DNA of 64,000 nt from Setoptus koraiensis (taxonomy: Eukaryota; Animalia; Arthropoda). Where the stretch lies: contig CM106585.1 in the NCBI GenBank assembly GCA_048013815.1, forward strand, positions 7,564,001 to 7,628,000, in the 5' to 3' direction. The translations under genes and the position numbers were made by a program. Shown here piece by piece: positions 48,366 to 61,200 of the stretch. The number at the start of each line of letters is the position of its first letter. The first letter of the stretch is position 1. Below the pieces are notes generated by a model that saw nothing but the letters and a program-made list of their open reading frames with translations, ran no database searches and was not told the origin of the DNA.

Positions 48366-49766
48366 TCAAACGGATCGAGCTGTACATAATTCCTTCAGAT
48401 CGCATTGCAAGTATCGTTTGTGGAACTTAATAAACTGGTTCATATCACAGACCTCACTTGTGCACCCTCCAATTATAACTGGTTCCATTTCATTGACACT
48501 TGCAACGAATTTGAAATTATCACTGCCGCAATTGTACAAAGTAAGTACGATATTTCCAGAGAATGGCATAAAGAAGCTAGATCGCCATTTACTATTTTCC
48601 GGGGGAGTTCTTGTAGCGACAAATTTGTCGAAAGCACTCTCAGTGAAGTTCTCTTCGTCCTTGAATAAATTCAACGCCGCATAGAATCTCTTAATAATAG
48701 GCCCGTGGGTGAAATATATAGTGGACCTGAGCTTTCGTTTACCAGCCATGTCATTGTCTTTCATAGATTGCGTAAACGACTCGATAAAATCCTTCATCAG
48801 AGGGCAAGACTGATCAGCTAAAATGTCTGACCCGTACAAATCTTTGTAGTAATCGTTAACATCTTCTGCATGCTCCAAATACCTTATCTGGTGATTGGTG
48901 AATAAGGAACACCATAGTGATGAGCCCTCTAATGCAATCTCGTACTTGCAGAGGTCATAAATATGTCTCATGTCTTTGTATGATATAGAATCTATGCCAA
49001 GTTTTGCACGTATATCATCCATTATAAATTGATAATTTCGAGGATCAAATATCTTTTTAATCCAAGGATTTCTAGTCTTAACTTCTTCTTTGACGCTCAT
49101 GCCGAAACTCAGCTTACGTATATTATCGCATTCATGATGAAACGCTAGAATATTCGTCGCAGATTCAGCATCTAATGTCTTGTACTTTTTAATGAAGATA
49201 GCCTTCAAGAATTCTATTCCTGTTTGGCGCGTTCTTCGTTCTTTAGTAACACCAAGTTCAATCTCAGCAGTTTTGTGGCTCAAAAGAAGAGGATAAATTG
49301 ATTTGAATCGTCTAGCTATCGATCGTTCCTCAAAAAAACCCAATTGAGTGATGAGGTCATTCTGTGCAGGACCCATCAGCGTTTTCCACCCGAGAATATA
49401 TTGGCGTAGTTCTCCATCGGCCGGCAATTGCTGCTGCTTCAGTTTGTCTTGTAAAGTTTTAACAAAGTCATTATGGCCTTTAATTTCATCGAAAGTGGGA
49501 AGCTTGGCAGCGTGTCTGCTTAGGAAGTACAGATGAACAGGTTGACAATTTTGTGAGTTGAGTTCTTGATGTACCTGTTCTAACGATTTTTCACTGAATT
49601 GTCCGGATATCTGAGTAGTGTTCGAAGACGACCAATAGTTCGCAGCTTCATTGTATAACGTTTTAGTGCCAAACAACTTGTAAGTTGGAGAATCGTCAGA
49701 CTCAAAAGGACAACTGCCGTGCCAGATGCCCAAACAGCAAATACCAAACAGCAATTTACCGAACAT
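48366..49766 (-). CDS. MINPP1-like histidine acid phosphatase, intronless, with altered catalytic motifs
   Basis: Signal peptide, LFGTKTLY, NCQPVHLYFLSRH..KLP, TKERRTRQTG, LCKYEIA, WCSLF, LEHAEDVNDYY, SCPLMKD, YFTH, WRSSFFMPFSGNI and a C-terminal GC..EVC. This is the MINPP1/phytase layout. Confidence 0.82.
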   Translation of the reverse strand: MFGKLLFGICCLGIWHGSCPFESDDSPTYKLFGTKTLYNEAANYWSSSNTTQISGQFSEKSLEQVHQELNSQNCQPVHLYFLSRHAAKLPTFDEIKGHNDFVKTLQDKLKQQQLPADGELRQYILGWKTLMGPAQNDLITQLGFFEERSIARRFKSIYPLLLSHKTAEIELGVTKERRTRQTGIEFLKAIFIKKYKTLDAESATNILAFHHECDNIRKLSFGMSVKEEVKTRNPWIKKIFDPRNYQFIMDDIRAKLGIDSISYKDMRHIYDLCKYEIALEGSSLWCSLFTNHQIRYLEHAEDVNDYYKDLYGSDILADQSCPLMKDFIESFTQSMKDNDMAGKRKLRSTIYFTHGPIIKRFYAALNLFKDEENFTESAFDKFVATRTPPENSKWRSSFFMPFSGNIVLTLYNCGSDNFKFVASVNEMEPVIIGGCTSEVCDMNQFIKFHKRYLQCDLKELCTARSV

Positions 49767-52423
49767 TTTTAAATGTTGGCACTAAAATAGATCTGTCTGG
49801 AAATCTAGTCGGTCCGCCTGTCTGGGAATGTAGTCTGTAATATATTTCTTTTGGCTTAATTGTTGTTGCGTATGTACGAGCTAATGATGCAAAATGACGA
49901 ATTGCAGCAACTTCAACACCCAATACATGACTTCTATTTTTGAAGTTGCGCCAATAGACGAAGCCAACTTTTAGCACTTTGGAGCTCGATTGTCTCGGCG
50001 CATATCTGAATATCATCCACTTTCGACTTTTCACTTCAAAATATTATTTATAACCTATATGTATATATTCATATGTATATTTGTTGGCCTGATGTATAGT
50101 CGAAATGCCGAGAAACATGTGATTTGCTTGCGGAAACCACGTGTTTGCACAACTCGAAAGTTAGTTATTCTTCGAAAAATCAAAAACCGTCAAACCTAGA
50201 ACCTTCAAACTTTGCCCAGGGCCCCTTCTACATGTAGATAAGAATGTGTGAAAAAATGAACAAGATAGCTTAAGCCCAACCGGAGATACTCATGGTTTCA
50301 TTGATGTGTGCCAGCAGTAAACAAGTGTATAAGTTGTCGAACATTGCGATTTAGTATCATGATTGTGGAGATATTTTACATATATCTTCTATGTCTTTGC
50401 TGTAAAAATTCGCTTGTAAATCATCATATGTCATGTGAGGAAATCACGAGACGGAAGAGTGTTGCAAAATGTAAAATTCTAAATGCGTTCAATGTATCCC
50501 AGTTGCACAAGTAAATCATTGTGGAACACCAACCAAGTGCAACTATGTTTCTACAATGAATACAGTCAAGTGTTTTAGGGATTAATCGGATGATGTTCTG
50601 TCGGCGGCGTGGAGCGAAGTTGGGCGAAGTTACAACGATCGGCATGAGCAGGGACAAAGACTGAGAGCATCATTAACGGCGGGCGAGTATGATTCGTTTG
50701 CGTTGATATTTCCACTTGAGTCTGGCAAATGCAACAGGCCGATACAGCGGGCAATTGTGCTGAAAAGCAACAATTATGCAAAAGAATCAACAAAGATTTT
50801 CAACGGACCAAGGTGAGTTCACCTTGGAATTTTGGAAAGTGCTCGTTGGAAGAGGTTTGTTTTTTTTTGTTGGCTGTTGGTTCGAGCTTGGGCGGAGTTG
50901 TTGTCCACACTTTGGCCGCTTGTCAACCGCCTATTTGTGCCTCTCGCTATTCGCTATGCCGTAACAATGGTCACTGGCCAGCAAACAGCAGCCAGTGACT
51001 GTCGTTGGGCTCTTCGGACGACCATTGGCGCGGACAGAAGCGAGACTAACCAGCCAATGAAAGCTGCTCGTCGTCGCCGTCGTCGTCGTAGGTGAATCAT
51101 ATAATAGATGCGCCACAAGGAAGAGATTGGAGCAAGAATTGACTCGTCGTTTCGGTTTCTGGTGCTGTCGTTGGGATAGAAAGAGAGCTGTCACACTGTA
51201 TGATTATACGATTATAAAATAGGCACGGATAAATGCAAGTGACAACAATAGCAACAACTGCACAATGTTGTGGCCGGCTACAAACGCCGGCACTGTTGCA
51301 GCAATCTTTGTTTCTGGCTATTGTTGTGTTGCAATGAAAATAAAATTTTCAAATGAAATAAAATTGTCAAACTAACACTAAACTGACCCAACAACATCTT
51401 GATTATATTACGCAATCTCGAGTTGAGTCTGTCTGCCATCAAAATTGTTCAAAACCAAACCAACCAAAGACAGTTGCGTCATCAAGCTTTGCATAGTTTG
51501 TCTTACATTAGCAGTATGGTAATTAGACGAGGGACAAAAATTGTTGTGTTTGTGAGTAATTGTTGACAATAGATGAATAGAGAAACAAATGAATTATCGA
51601 CACTTAATTTATAGACGCAAATCTCGGCTAGATAAACGTTTCACATTTGGCATTAATGTGTCGTTGCATTATGTCGCTTGCAAGCGCGCATCTCACAATC
51701 TCTCGTCAGAGAGATCAGGTCTGACAGTTTGTGTCGGTTGCCGAGTCTCACAAGCTGATATCACAAGCTCTGTCTGATATCACTGATATGATATCAGGTG
51801 TGTGTGTGTGTGTGTGTGTCGGATCGGAGTGGCGGATTGACGAACCGATTGAAACAAAAGAAGCTCTAATCTCGGCAAGCGATCGCTGGCCGGCACACTA
51901 TGACCGGCACATGCAGTCTAGCCGATCTTGTTGATATATCCACATCGTCCGCGCCGTCCACATCGTCCGCACCGTCCGGCGTATTCAAATGTGGCTCACC
52001 TGGTCGGGCGCACTGGGCAGCTAGTGGACGCACAGTGAACTGGCGGAGTTGTGGCCAACATGAATAGAGTTGGAGCATGGCTCATGGCAAACAACGGCAC
52101 AATAATCATGAAACGTAATAATTATCTTGTGCAGTGCTCAATGGTGTTGCCGTTGCTGTTGTCGTTGCGTTTCCTCGTTTTGGTCGTCTCAAACTCGGGA
52201 CATCATCTAATAATATCAAATACAACAAGCATCGCCAGCCAGTGAATGTGTGTCCAAGCTACAACCTGTAACCTGACAACCTTTTGTGAGCAACGTAACA
52301 GGCAGCCAAACAACAAGTTTTCGCAAGCAAAAGTTCTAATTAACTACCTGTGCTGCCGGACACTCGGACACTGACCGCTACACCTGCTGCTGCTGCAGTT
52401 GCTGTTGCTGTAGTTGTCGTTGT

Positions 52424-52424
<1 letters not shown>

Positions 52425-52459
<35 letters not shown>
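52425..52459. repeat. (GCTGTT)n hexanucleotide microsatellite
   Basis: Read directly from the sequence. Confidence 0.9.
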
Positions 52460-53892
52460 GATGAACATGCATGAACTTGCATCATACGAGCACACACACA
52501 CACACGAACGAAATGAACTCTAATGATGATGCAATTGATATATTATCATCATGCATCATCATGATGCTAGAAACAGCATTAAATGATGCAACAAACAGAG
52601 ATTACATTTGGCAGTAGATTTGCAGAAAAACTTGCATTTGGACATGCACAAATGGGGCGCGCGCGCGCGCACAGGATGTCCACTATTGGCCGGTGTGAGC
52701 GCTTGTTGTAATTGTCTCTTCTGGCTCACTCCAGCAATATCCAGCTGAAACTGACCACTATCGCCTGACAGCATCTATGACACTCGCCGTAACTGTGCCG
52801 AGCACAAATTAGTCTTGTGCAGCAACCCACACTTGCGCCCAACTGACCACTGCAACTTGCGCCACCGTCCAGTGGCGCTAATGGTCGTCGCATGGCAATC
52901 GGCCGCAATTGGTGGCCCGCGCGTTGGCCGTGTTAATGGGCCTAAGGTACAAAAGTGGCTGCACTACATTAAAACTTGCTAATTCAAAGCAGCAGCAGCC
53001 ACTTTGAAAACGGTAGCACGTGACGAAACGCTTCTTTGTCTTGTCTTTGTCTTATTATCTCTTGTTGGGCATTTAATTTCCCTGGTTGGTTGTCGTTTCA
53101 TTGTATGCGAGTTATCAGTTTCGTTTGCATCATTATTGTCGCTTCGGCGTGGCCGCAGCACTGATCTCGCATCATTATCCGGCACTCGAGAGGCAGGCTA
53201 AATGCAGGGCCAACTGCCATTTAGTCGGTTGTGCCGTTTAGCGGCCGTTGAAAGCGCCACAAACGGGCGAGCCAAACAAAAGCTGGCATCACGTCGCAAC
53301 AACCTGTGGCTGCCTCTGCCTGCCACGAGAGGCCGATTTCAACTTTTCCTCTCTTTGTCCCCACCATGCTGACAGAGAATCCATCATCCCCACAAAAATA
53401 TCTGTGCAAGGATCAATTTTTGCCGAACAGCCGACGCTGGCCGCGCGGCTCGAAGCCACTCAATTGCACTGAGCGCCGTTTTTTGCCGCTTCTGGCGCGT
53501 TCGCCGTCCGAAGCGACTCGACAAATATTGACACTGCGCGACATCTACACCTCGGGCGCCTCACTTTGCAGCGGCACACACTTTTCGGCCAATCCGCCGT
53601 CGCTTCGGCCAATCCGCTGCCGTTTCGAAAGCGACCAATTTGCCGTCGCTTCGACAGCCACCGAGACAAACAACAAGTGGCTGCATTGTGTGCCAGTCGA
53701 CAGTATCCAATGCAATCGCCAAAATGGACAAAACCGCACAAACCGCTTGCAGATTAATTTCCACCAGCACACTGATTAGCAGCAATCAGCGTCCGTTGCA
53801 CTGTCGCATGTTTGGCGACATTTATCCCGCTAATCTAACGCGTTAATCCCGCTCTTTTCGCCCGCTCCATGCCAAACTAATCCCCGGCTTCG

Positions 53893-53964
53893 TTTTGTCA
53901 TTGTGTGTCATTTTATCGTTTTGTCATTTTATCATTTTGTCATTTTATCATTTTGTCATTGTGA
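53893..53964. repeat. Alternating 8-bp tandem array (TTTTGTCA/TTTTATCA)
   Basis: About 9 units, read directly. Confidence 0.85.
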
Positions 53965-54556
53965 TCGCCAGACGCACTGGCGCTGTCCACTTGTGCACTG
54001 CACATCATGTAATATCTTTTCTCTGGCCCCGGCTAGCGCCACATTCTGTCATATTTGTCAGTCGGTGCTGAGCTACCAGAAATAGGCACCAGTGCCCGAG
54101 GTGATGGGCAGAGCACAAGTGTTTCGTTGGTGCCTTTTCCATTTTCTTTCGCCTTTTGCTCCTTCTGGCCAGCGCAAACACTAATGGCATTGTGTGTCCG
54201 TCGTTTGTCCGCCACCAATGTGCCTTACACTGCCGCTGCTGCCGCCGCCATTTACCTGTACGCTATTTATGCGGATTTGCTGCTGATTGTTGTGAATTGG
54301 ATTCGGAAGATCGTGTTTTAGCGGCCTGTCGAACAGCGTCAGCGACGGATAAAAAGAGACACAGAGACGGTACAGGGAGATACACACAAAATAAGCCCAT
54401 TTATGCATAGAGAGCGCAAAAGAAATATCACGCTTTGGCAAATATTTGCTCATTAGTGTTTCAAACTGCCAAATTCACAGTCCGAATTTCGCCAGCAGCG
54501 CATGCGCCACCGAAGAACGTTCCGCACACACTTGTTGCGTCGGCGGCGCTTCGGTA

Positions 54557-54610
54557 CGTTCGAAGCGTTCGAAGCGCTCAAAACGTTCGAAGCGCTCGCA
54601 ACGTTCGAAA
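54557..54610. repeat. 9-bp tandem array (CGTTCGAAG consensus, 6 units)
   Basis: CGTTCGAAG CGTTCGAAG CGCTCAAAA CGTTCGAAG CGCTCGCAA CGTTCGAAA. Confidence 0.88.
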
Positions 54611-56670
54611 CAGCATTAGCTGACCATTCGCCTTTCGACTGACCATTGACGCACATGCGCACATTACAACATTGCGTTTGCCGGACACACGAATTGTTTT
54701 CTTTTGCGATAATAGCGATTCGACGCGATCCAATGCGAGCAAATTCGAATTCAATTCAATTGATTTGATCCGATTCTTAACTTGATTCGATCTGGCAGTC
54801 GATTCTTCGGCCGGCACATATCGCACACATCGCGCATATTGCACTTATTGCACATATTGCATTTGATATTGCACAAGCGCAATCACTATGCAAATGCATT
54901 GAGATGATTAAAAGTTTAAAAGTGCAACTAGTTAATAAAACGAATAACTGTTATTGAAATATAATATGGCACGCAAACAACAATAAGCGACAGCAACAAC
55001 AATTGGCCCAGTAGTAACCATTTTCATCGATCATCAAAACCAATAACGTTTGATATGTTGTCAAGCCGGCCGCGCACACACTTAACTCGACAGTAATATA
55101 TTCCGAAAACAACGACTTCCGATTTGCTCACGCCAACCAGCTAAGTGAAATAAGTGAAATTTGCAAATTTCTTGTGCGAGCAACAATCGTACACACAACA
55201 ATAATCAATAATAAAACGTTGGCTAAAGTTAAAGTGAGCCGACTGTTTAACCGAGAAAAGTATTCATGAAACGAGCCAGCCAGACAGTCAAGTTATCCGA
55301 ACATTGGCACGAGAAGAAAGTAAAGTTTAGTAAATAGTTTGTTCACACAACAAACCACACAAACAATAATTTTCACACACACAACCAACGCAAATATCAG
55401 GTGAAATTAATCATCCAAACGAAGAAAAAGTCAATTGTCAGTCAAGAGAAAGCCAATCAAGAATTAAATCGCAACCAATGAAGAAGTTTCGTTCAGGCTT
55501 ACAATTCGCCGCTTTCAGAGTAGCAGCACCAGCGACGAACAACCGATAAGACACATGAAAACTTTTGCAAGACACAACCAATTAAACCAATGATCGAGGT
55601 AAGTTGGCGTAGATTATCAGAGGTTTCGTCTGCCAGCAAAGAGCCGGAAACATCGACACAAAATTCACGTGTACATGCTGCAGTGAGGACCACCGTCAGT
55701 CATGGTTCGAAAAGGCTTGGCTCTGATTTTTTCGTGTTTCAAGTCATTTTTCCACTCGATGCTGACTAAATCACGAGAGCGGCTCGCAGCGGCTAAAGCA
55801 AATAAAAAGTCCACCAAAACGAAAAAGTCCAAGCTGAGTTTTTTGGCAAGTTTCGGGCATGAATAGACAGATATTTGCGAGGTTTTTGCTGCTCGCCATA
55901 TGTAACACACACACATGATGCGAACAGGGCCAATGAGAGGTACAAATAGCGCGGTGATTGCATAACAACAACTGTTTGTTTATGGCGAACATTGTTAATA
56001 ATTATTTTTAGTCATTTGGGCTTTCATTTCGGATGGGCAGCGTCATTAGTGGAACAGCCATTTGTAATTGCAACAGCCGATGCTTATATGTGATTTGTTA
56101 TCATCAGCATGTAATTGTGTTGTAGCGAAGGCACGTTAAGCCAGAAGCATCGTGCCGGCCAGATATTCGGACATTCGCAAATATGAGCCATCTAGCCAGA
56201 TATTTTGATACAGATATGAGTGTGAAATGAGTGTGTAACCGGCCGATGCGAAATATACATATGGATTATTGTTTCCATTTGGATGGTATTGGTTTATATT
56301 TTATCATATATTGTGCGCTGGAAATGGCTGGCCAATGTCTAGAAGCTCACAAATGAGCGCCAGCAACAACAACTAATGGCTAATGACGATTTTCTCGCAT
56401 CGCCACCAGAAGCATCGGAGCGCCCGACGAGACTAGACCATACATTTTGTACATATTTGTTATATTTGTGTTCTTTATTGCGCACTGACCAGTGTTGTGG
56501 TCAGCAGTGTGGCCAATGGCGCGAGGGCTTCTTTTTCTGTTTTCTCTGTTTGTGTTGTGGTGAATCAAAGGCACTTTTACCGCCGACAACCACCGACTGA
56601 AGTTGCTACGAAAAACACGGTAATGATGATCAAACATGCTGATGACTTCTTCGGCCACGCAAAACAGCGA

Positions 56671-56760
56671 CAACCGAGCCAACAGCCCAAGCAACAGCCC
56701 AGCCAACAACCGCAGCAACAACCGAGCCAACAACCGCGGCAACAACCGAGCCAACAACAA
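56671..56760 (+). repeat. 24-bp tandem repeat (reads QPSQQP[KQR]Q in one frame)
   Basis: Almost 4 units of CAACCGAGCCAACAACCGCAGCAA-like sequence. Confidence 0.85.
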
Positions 56761-58125
56761 TTCAATTCGTTTTGGTTAGTCCAAAGCGAGCCGAGTGTGT
56801 TTGTGGAAGGATGATGTAAGAGCTTCGTTGCGTTAATTGCCTCTATTTTTTATTTTATTTTGTTTTTTTCCCGACTGTTGCGAGATTCGAATTGCTTTTT
56901 CTGCTGGCAGTGGCCAGTGAAAAAAGAATATTCGTTATCGCATCTTTGGCTGCAGCCAGAGATGAGGCAGCATGAGCGAGGACATGGCAAACATTTATTA
57001 TTAATAACAACAATGGCCAGTAAAGTTGGCAAACATTGGATGTGATCTGTCTCTCTCGCTAACGACGAAAAGTCGAGATAAATTGCAAATCACTGAGCAG
57101 CGCGACTCAAATCATGGCTGCTCATCCAACAAGTACGTGTCATTTTCTGCACGTTGTCTGTTGCTGCATCAAACGTGACAATCGCCCCAACAACAAGTGA
57201 GAGTGGCTGCAATCAACAGGCAACTAGCCAATTTGGCCAAGTTGGTTCGAACAGAGAAAAAAATCAGAAATTGTCAGCAACGACAACATTTCTGCTTTTA
57301 CAAGCCACTTGTTGTTGACTGTCGCTGATTAGCGCTCCTAGGTGCACTCACAATAAATGAGACGCTCTTTTATTGTTGCTCATCCGACGAGACAACTATT
57401 CGAAATATTCCTGGCTGCATCAGCGACACAAGCCGGCCGATTCAACGGCATCGGTACGGCACCTAGGCAAACACAATGGCCACACGAGAGCGAGCTGCAG
57501 TAAAATATGAAAGATAAAAGGTGGAGAGGCGAAGAATTCGCGCACAATGGCTCTCGCATGATACGAGTACTGCGACTTTCGCTTTTTCTGTCCATGCCAG
57601 CGACCCAGACACGAGCGTTGCAACGAGAATTCTTTGCGCTTCTGAGTGCCAACTTGTGACGCGCTGCCAGTTCCAACGGACGGCGGTCAGCGGCTTCGAA
57701 ATTGGAAATTCGAAGTTCGAATCGATGACGGGTCTTCGGATCGGACAAATCGCGCAACGACAGAAATAGATAAAGGGCGGCGAGCAGTGAATTAACATTT
57801 GAATTAATGAACACTGTCCTGTGTATGGAGTGGGCATATTTCGAGGCAACTTGAGTCGCGTTTCTGGTCGCTGATTGCCATTCAATCGGCGACCAATGTA
57901 CACTCTACTAGAAGTGGCCGAAATGGCCGAAATGAGCAAATGAGCGTCGTTTAGCATTATTATTATCGTCATTATTGCTTATATTAGTCGGCGCGTCATA
58001 TGCACACAAGCGAATTTGAATTAAGCAAGCGGCGATTTAGCCACAATTAGACAAACGAGCACTGGCAGCCAGTGTCGCCGGCATCGGTCGCGCCATCCAA
58101 GCCACTGTTAGATTGATGAGTCCCT

Positions 58126-58200
58126 CTTCACCTGTTCGAGGCTTACCTGTTCGAGGCTTACCTGTTCGAAGCTCACCTGTTCGAAGCTCACCTGTTGAAA
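58126..58200. repeat. 15-bp tandem array, 5 units (GCT[T/C]ACCTGTTCGA[G/A])
   Basis: Read directly. Each unit contains CACCTG or TACCTG. Confidence 0.92.
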
Positions 58201-61200
58201 GCGCTCTCACCTTGATTTTGCGCACTCACACAGAGAGTTCGCTTGCAACGGCAACGGCAACGGCGGATGCCCGCGGAAGAGAGATGTAATTCTTGATGGG
58301 CATGATTTGCATGCATTATGGGCGCTCAACGAAGCAGCAAAATGCGGCGGAACGTTCCTCGAATCGAATGCGTTCGAATGTGCGCATTCTCATGCTGAAC
58401 CATTCAGCACCGCCGAAATCTGCATATATGCAGATATCACAGACGCACAAGTGGAAGACGTGTTGAGTCGGCGCCACCACCAACTGATGACGTCCAACAT
58501 CATTGAGCGTTCACGTCGGTCACATGGGCAATATTTTTGCCATTTCTTCTTCTACTTATTCGTCTTGTTCTCTTTGCATACCGTCGCTCTCTAGAAATGC
58601 GTTCGAATTTTTTTTATTTTATTTTCGGATTCTCTCAGCGGTGAATTGATAATTTCGGCGCGGTGTGTGAGTTAAATAATTAGTATCACTCTGTGACCAG
58701 CGGGTGTCACTGTCTCTTTTCTTTGATTTCGGTCTCTCTGCAAAGTTGTCTCTCAGTCAATTATTGCTGCTCGCATGCGACCGACCGACTGTGAGCACTA
58801 AAATTGCTAAAACTGCTAAAACTGCCGCCGCCGCCGCTGCTGCTTCGGCTGCAAAAGTGTCTGAATCCTACACAATTTTCTCGTTGCCATGCCAACAATA
58901 TACCTGTTTATATACACTTGTTGGCTCACTAAAAAAAAGTTTTCTTCTTCTCGCTGAATCTGGCCATCATGCGGCGCTCGCACTAAACACTCTCGGCCAG
59001 AAACAAACAATAGCCTGGTTGGCATTGGATGACACAGTTTTGGTCGCATCTAACCAACGGCCATGGATGCAAAACGTAAAACTCATTGATCAATCTCGAA
59101 ATCTTGCAACGATTTTACGACCAACACACTACGAGAGCGCGTTGTTGCCCACCAACAGACTTCCTGGCTCACAAACACACTTACTGTCTTGTGCAATGTG
59201 GTTGGTGTGTATTTTTGAATTTTGCATAACGACGCTTGATTTGTATTTCATGCTTTATGTATTATATAATTATGTATTCAATAGCGATCCAACGAGATAT
59301 GACAGCGTATGCAAATTAGATTAGACGTCGCTGGTGCGTTGGCCTAGACTCATTGATGATCGTGATACTGCAATTAGCATTGAACTAACCACTAACTTAC
59401 CTACTTCATATTCAACATGAAGAGGCTCCACTGACCAACACCCTTCAATTAGTTGAGCGCAGTTGTTCGCGACTCGCAACCGAAAGAAGTTCTTGAAAAG
59501 AATTCACAAATTGTTTTGTCAGCCTTTCTCTGTGAACGCACGCGAACTACTTAGCTTGTGGTGTTTGTTTTTCGTTGATTTGAGAGTTGACAAAAGTTGA
59601 AAAGTATCAGTCGCTTGGCATTGTTGTTTGGTCAACGTTAGTCAAGCGAACAAACTAATTTCTGGCTACCTGCAAGCTCCAATTTCGGTCGGTGTTCTCA
59701 GGATTGCTAATTATTCAATCTGAGTATCCAATTAGCCACTCCATCTGCAGTATCGTGTCATCTCTTTCTCTCAAACATGTGTTTAAACCAAAACAGTTTC
59801 ACCCAACTGAGATAGTATAGTAATATCTTGGAATAATTAACGCACAAGTTAGCGAGACAAGTTAGCAAGGATCGATACAACTTGATCATATAACCTGATT
59901 TTATCAAGCATTAGGTATGTCGATCACACTCGCAAGCGACAGCATGTTATCAGCGTGCATAATCTAGTAGATGTGATAATCCAAACAAGAATCCAACCAA
60001 CGACGACAGCAACAACAACAACAACGGGCGACAGGTGAACTGGGTCTGTTGGCACTTTGCTGTTGTTGCTTGCTTGTGAACTTGGTAATAATATTTTAAT
60101 TAACAACAAAACCTTTTGCTTTGTTTGCTCGACAACAGCAAGCTTTTGGTGGTTCGTTGGTTGCCATGGCTGAATATTACATGTATTTAGATTTGATTAT
60201 CTGAAAATTAAAGTTGATCTAATGGCACAGATAGAGCGATTGCGATTGTTTGCAACGCGATATAATAACGTAATAACGCAATAAGCTAACATAACGTAAT
60301 ATAATGTAATAATAAGTGAGGATATTACACGATTGAGTTCAATGTATATACAGTGAACATATATAAAGTGTGCGAAATTGTTGGTCAGCAGACCAAAATT
60401 AGGCACCCACAAAAATGAAAAAAGTGACAGCCAGAGAATCGCCTGGGAGTTTGTTTGTGTGCACGTTTCAACCGAGATATCAATGAGAGCCTATGAGTGA
60501 GATCATATCAGATTTTGAGATCAAGCGACACTGTGAATCAAGCGACCAATTAATCATGAGTTATTGCCGTGTCAACAGCACTGGACAAAGAATGAGCCTT
60601 AATAAAATTATCCCTGTATCGTCCTGGTGGCCCGATTCTCACCCACAACTGTAGTTAGGCAGGTCACTATTGAATGAGAAGTCACTATTGTATTAATGAG
60701 ATTGTATTAATAAGATGTATGTATATGCAGTCACCACCAGACTGGTGGCAATTGTAACAGTTTTCACTTCCTAAAGCGCCATAGTTTGCGAGTCATAAAT
60801 GGATAAATTTGAATAAATTGCTGCAGAAAAAAAATGTATGTTTATGCCGGCATTAACATGCAATTTTTTCAGTTTTTCAATTTTTCAAATTTTCAAATTT
60901 TCAATTTTCATTCAATTTCGCCAATTCGATTTGTTTGTTCTCCGGTTCTCACCAGCGCTGTCGCCGGTGGAAACCGGCAAATTGAACCAGTTGCAGGCTG
61001 GTTCTCGTGCGATGCCCACTCACGCCCAAGCACGTCTAGCCGGGCAAGTGTCTCGGCGGATAATTCCGCGTTGCAAGTTGGAACAATCGCCAACTGCAAG
61101 ACGACGAAACCGCAAAGCTTGTTAGAGAGCTCGATACAATGGCGATCTATTTTTACCATAGACTCTATGGCATAAAGGCAAGCGTCGCGGTCGGCCGGAC

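Noticed and set aside
53306-59324. Several 90-206 aa ORFs in the gene desert (e.g. 53306-53779, 57380-57814, 58704-59324)
   Set aside because: No domain motifs, overlapping ORFs on both strands, and mostly non-ATG starts, as expected in GC-richer non-coding DNA.
60497-60520. TGAGATCAT, the 5' end of bantam miRNA
   Set aside because: Only 9 nt match, the rest diverges, and no complementary arm is evident.
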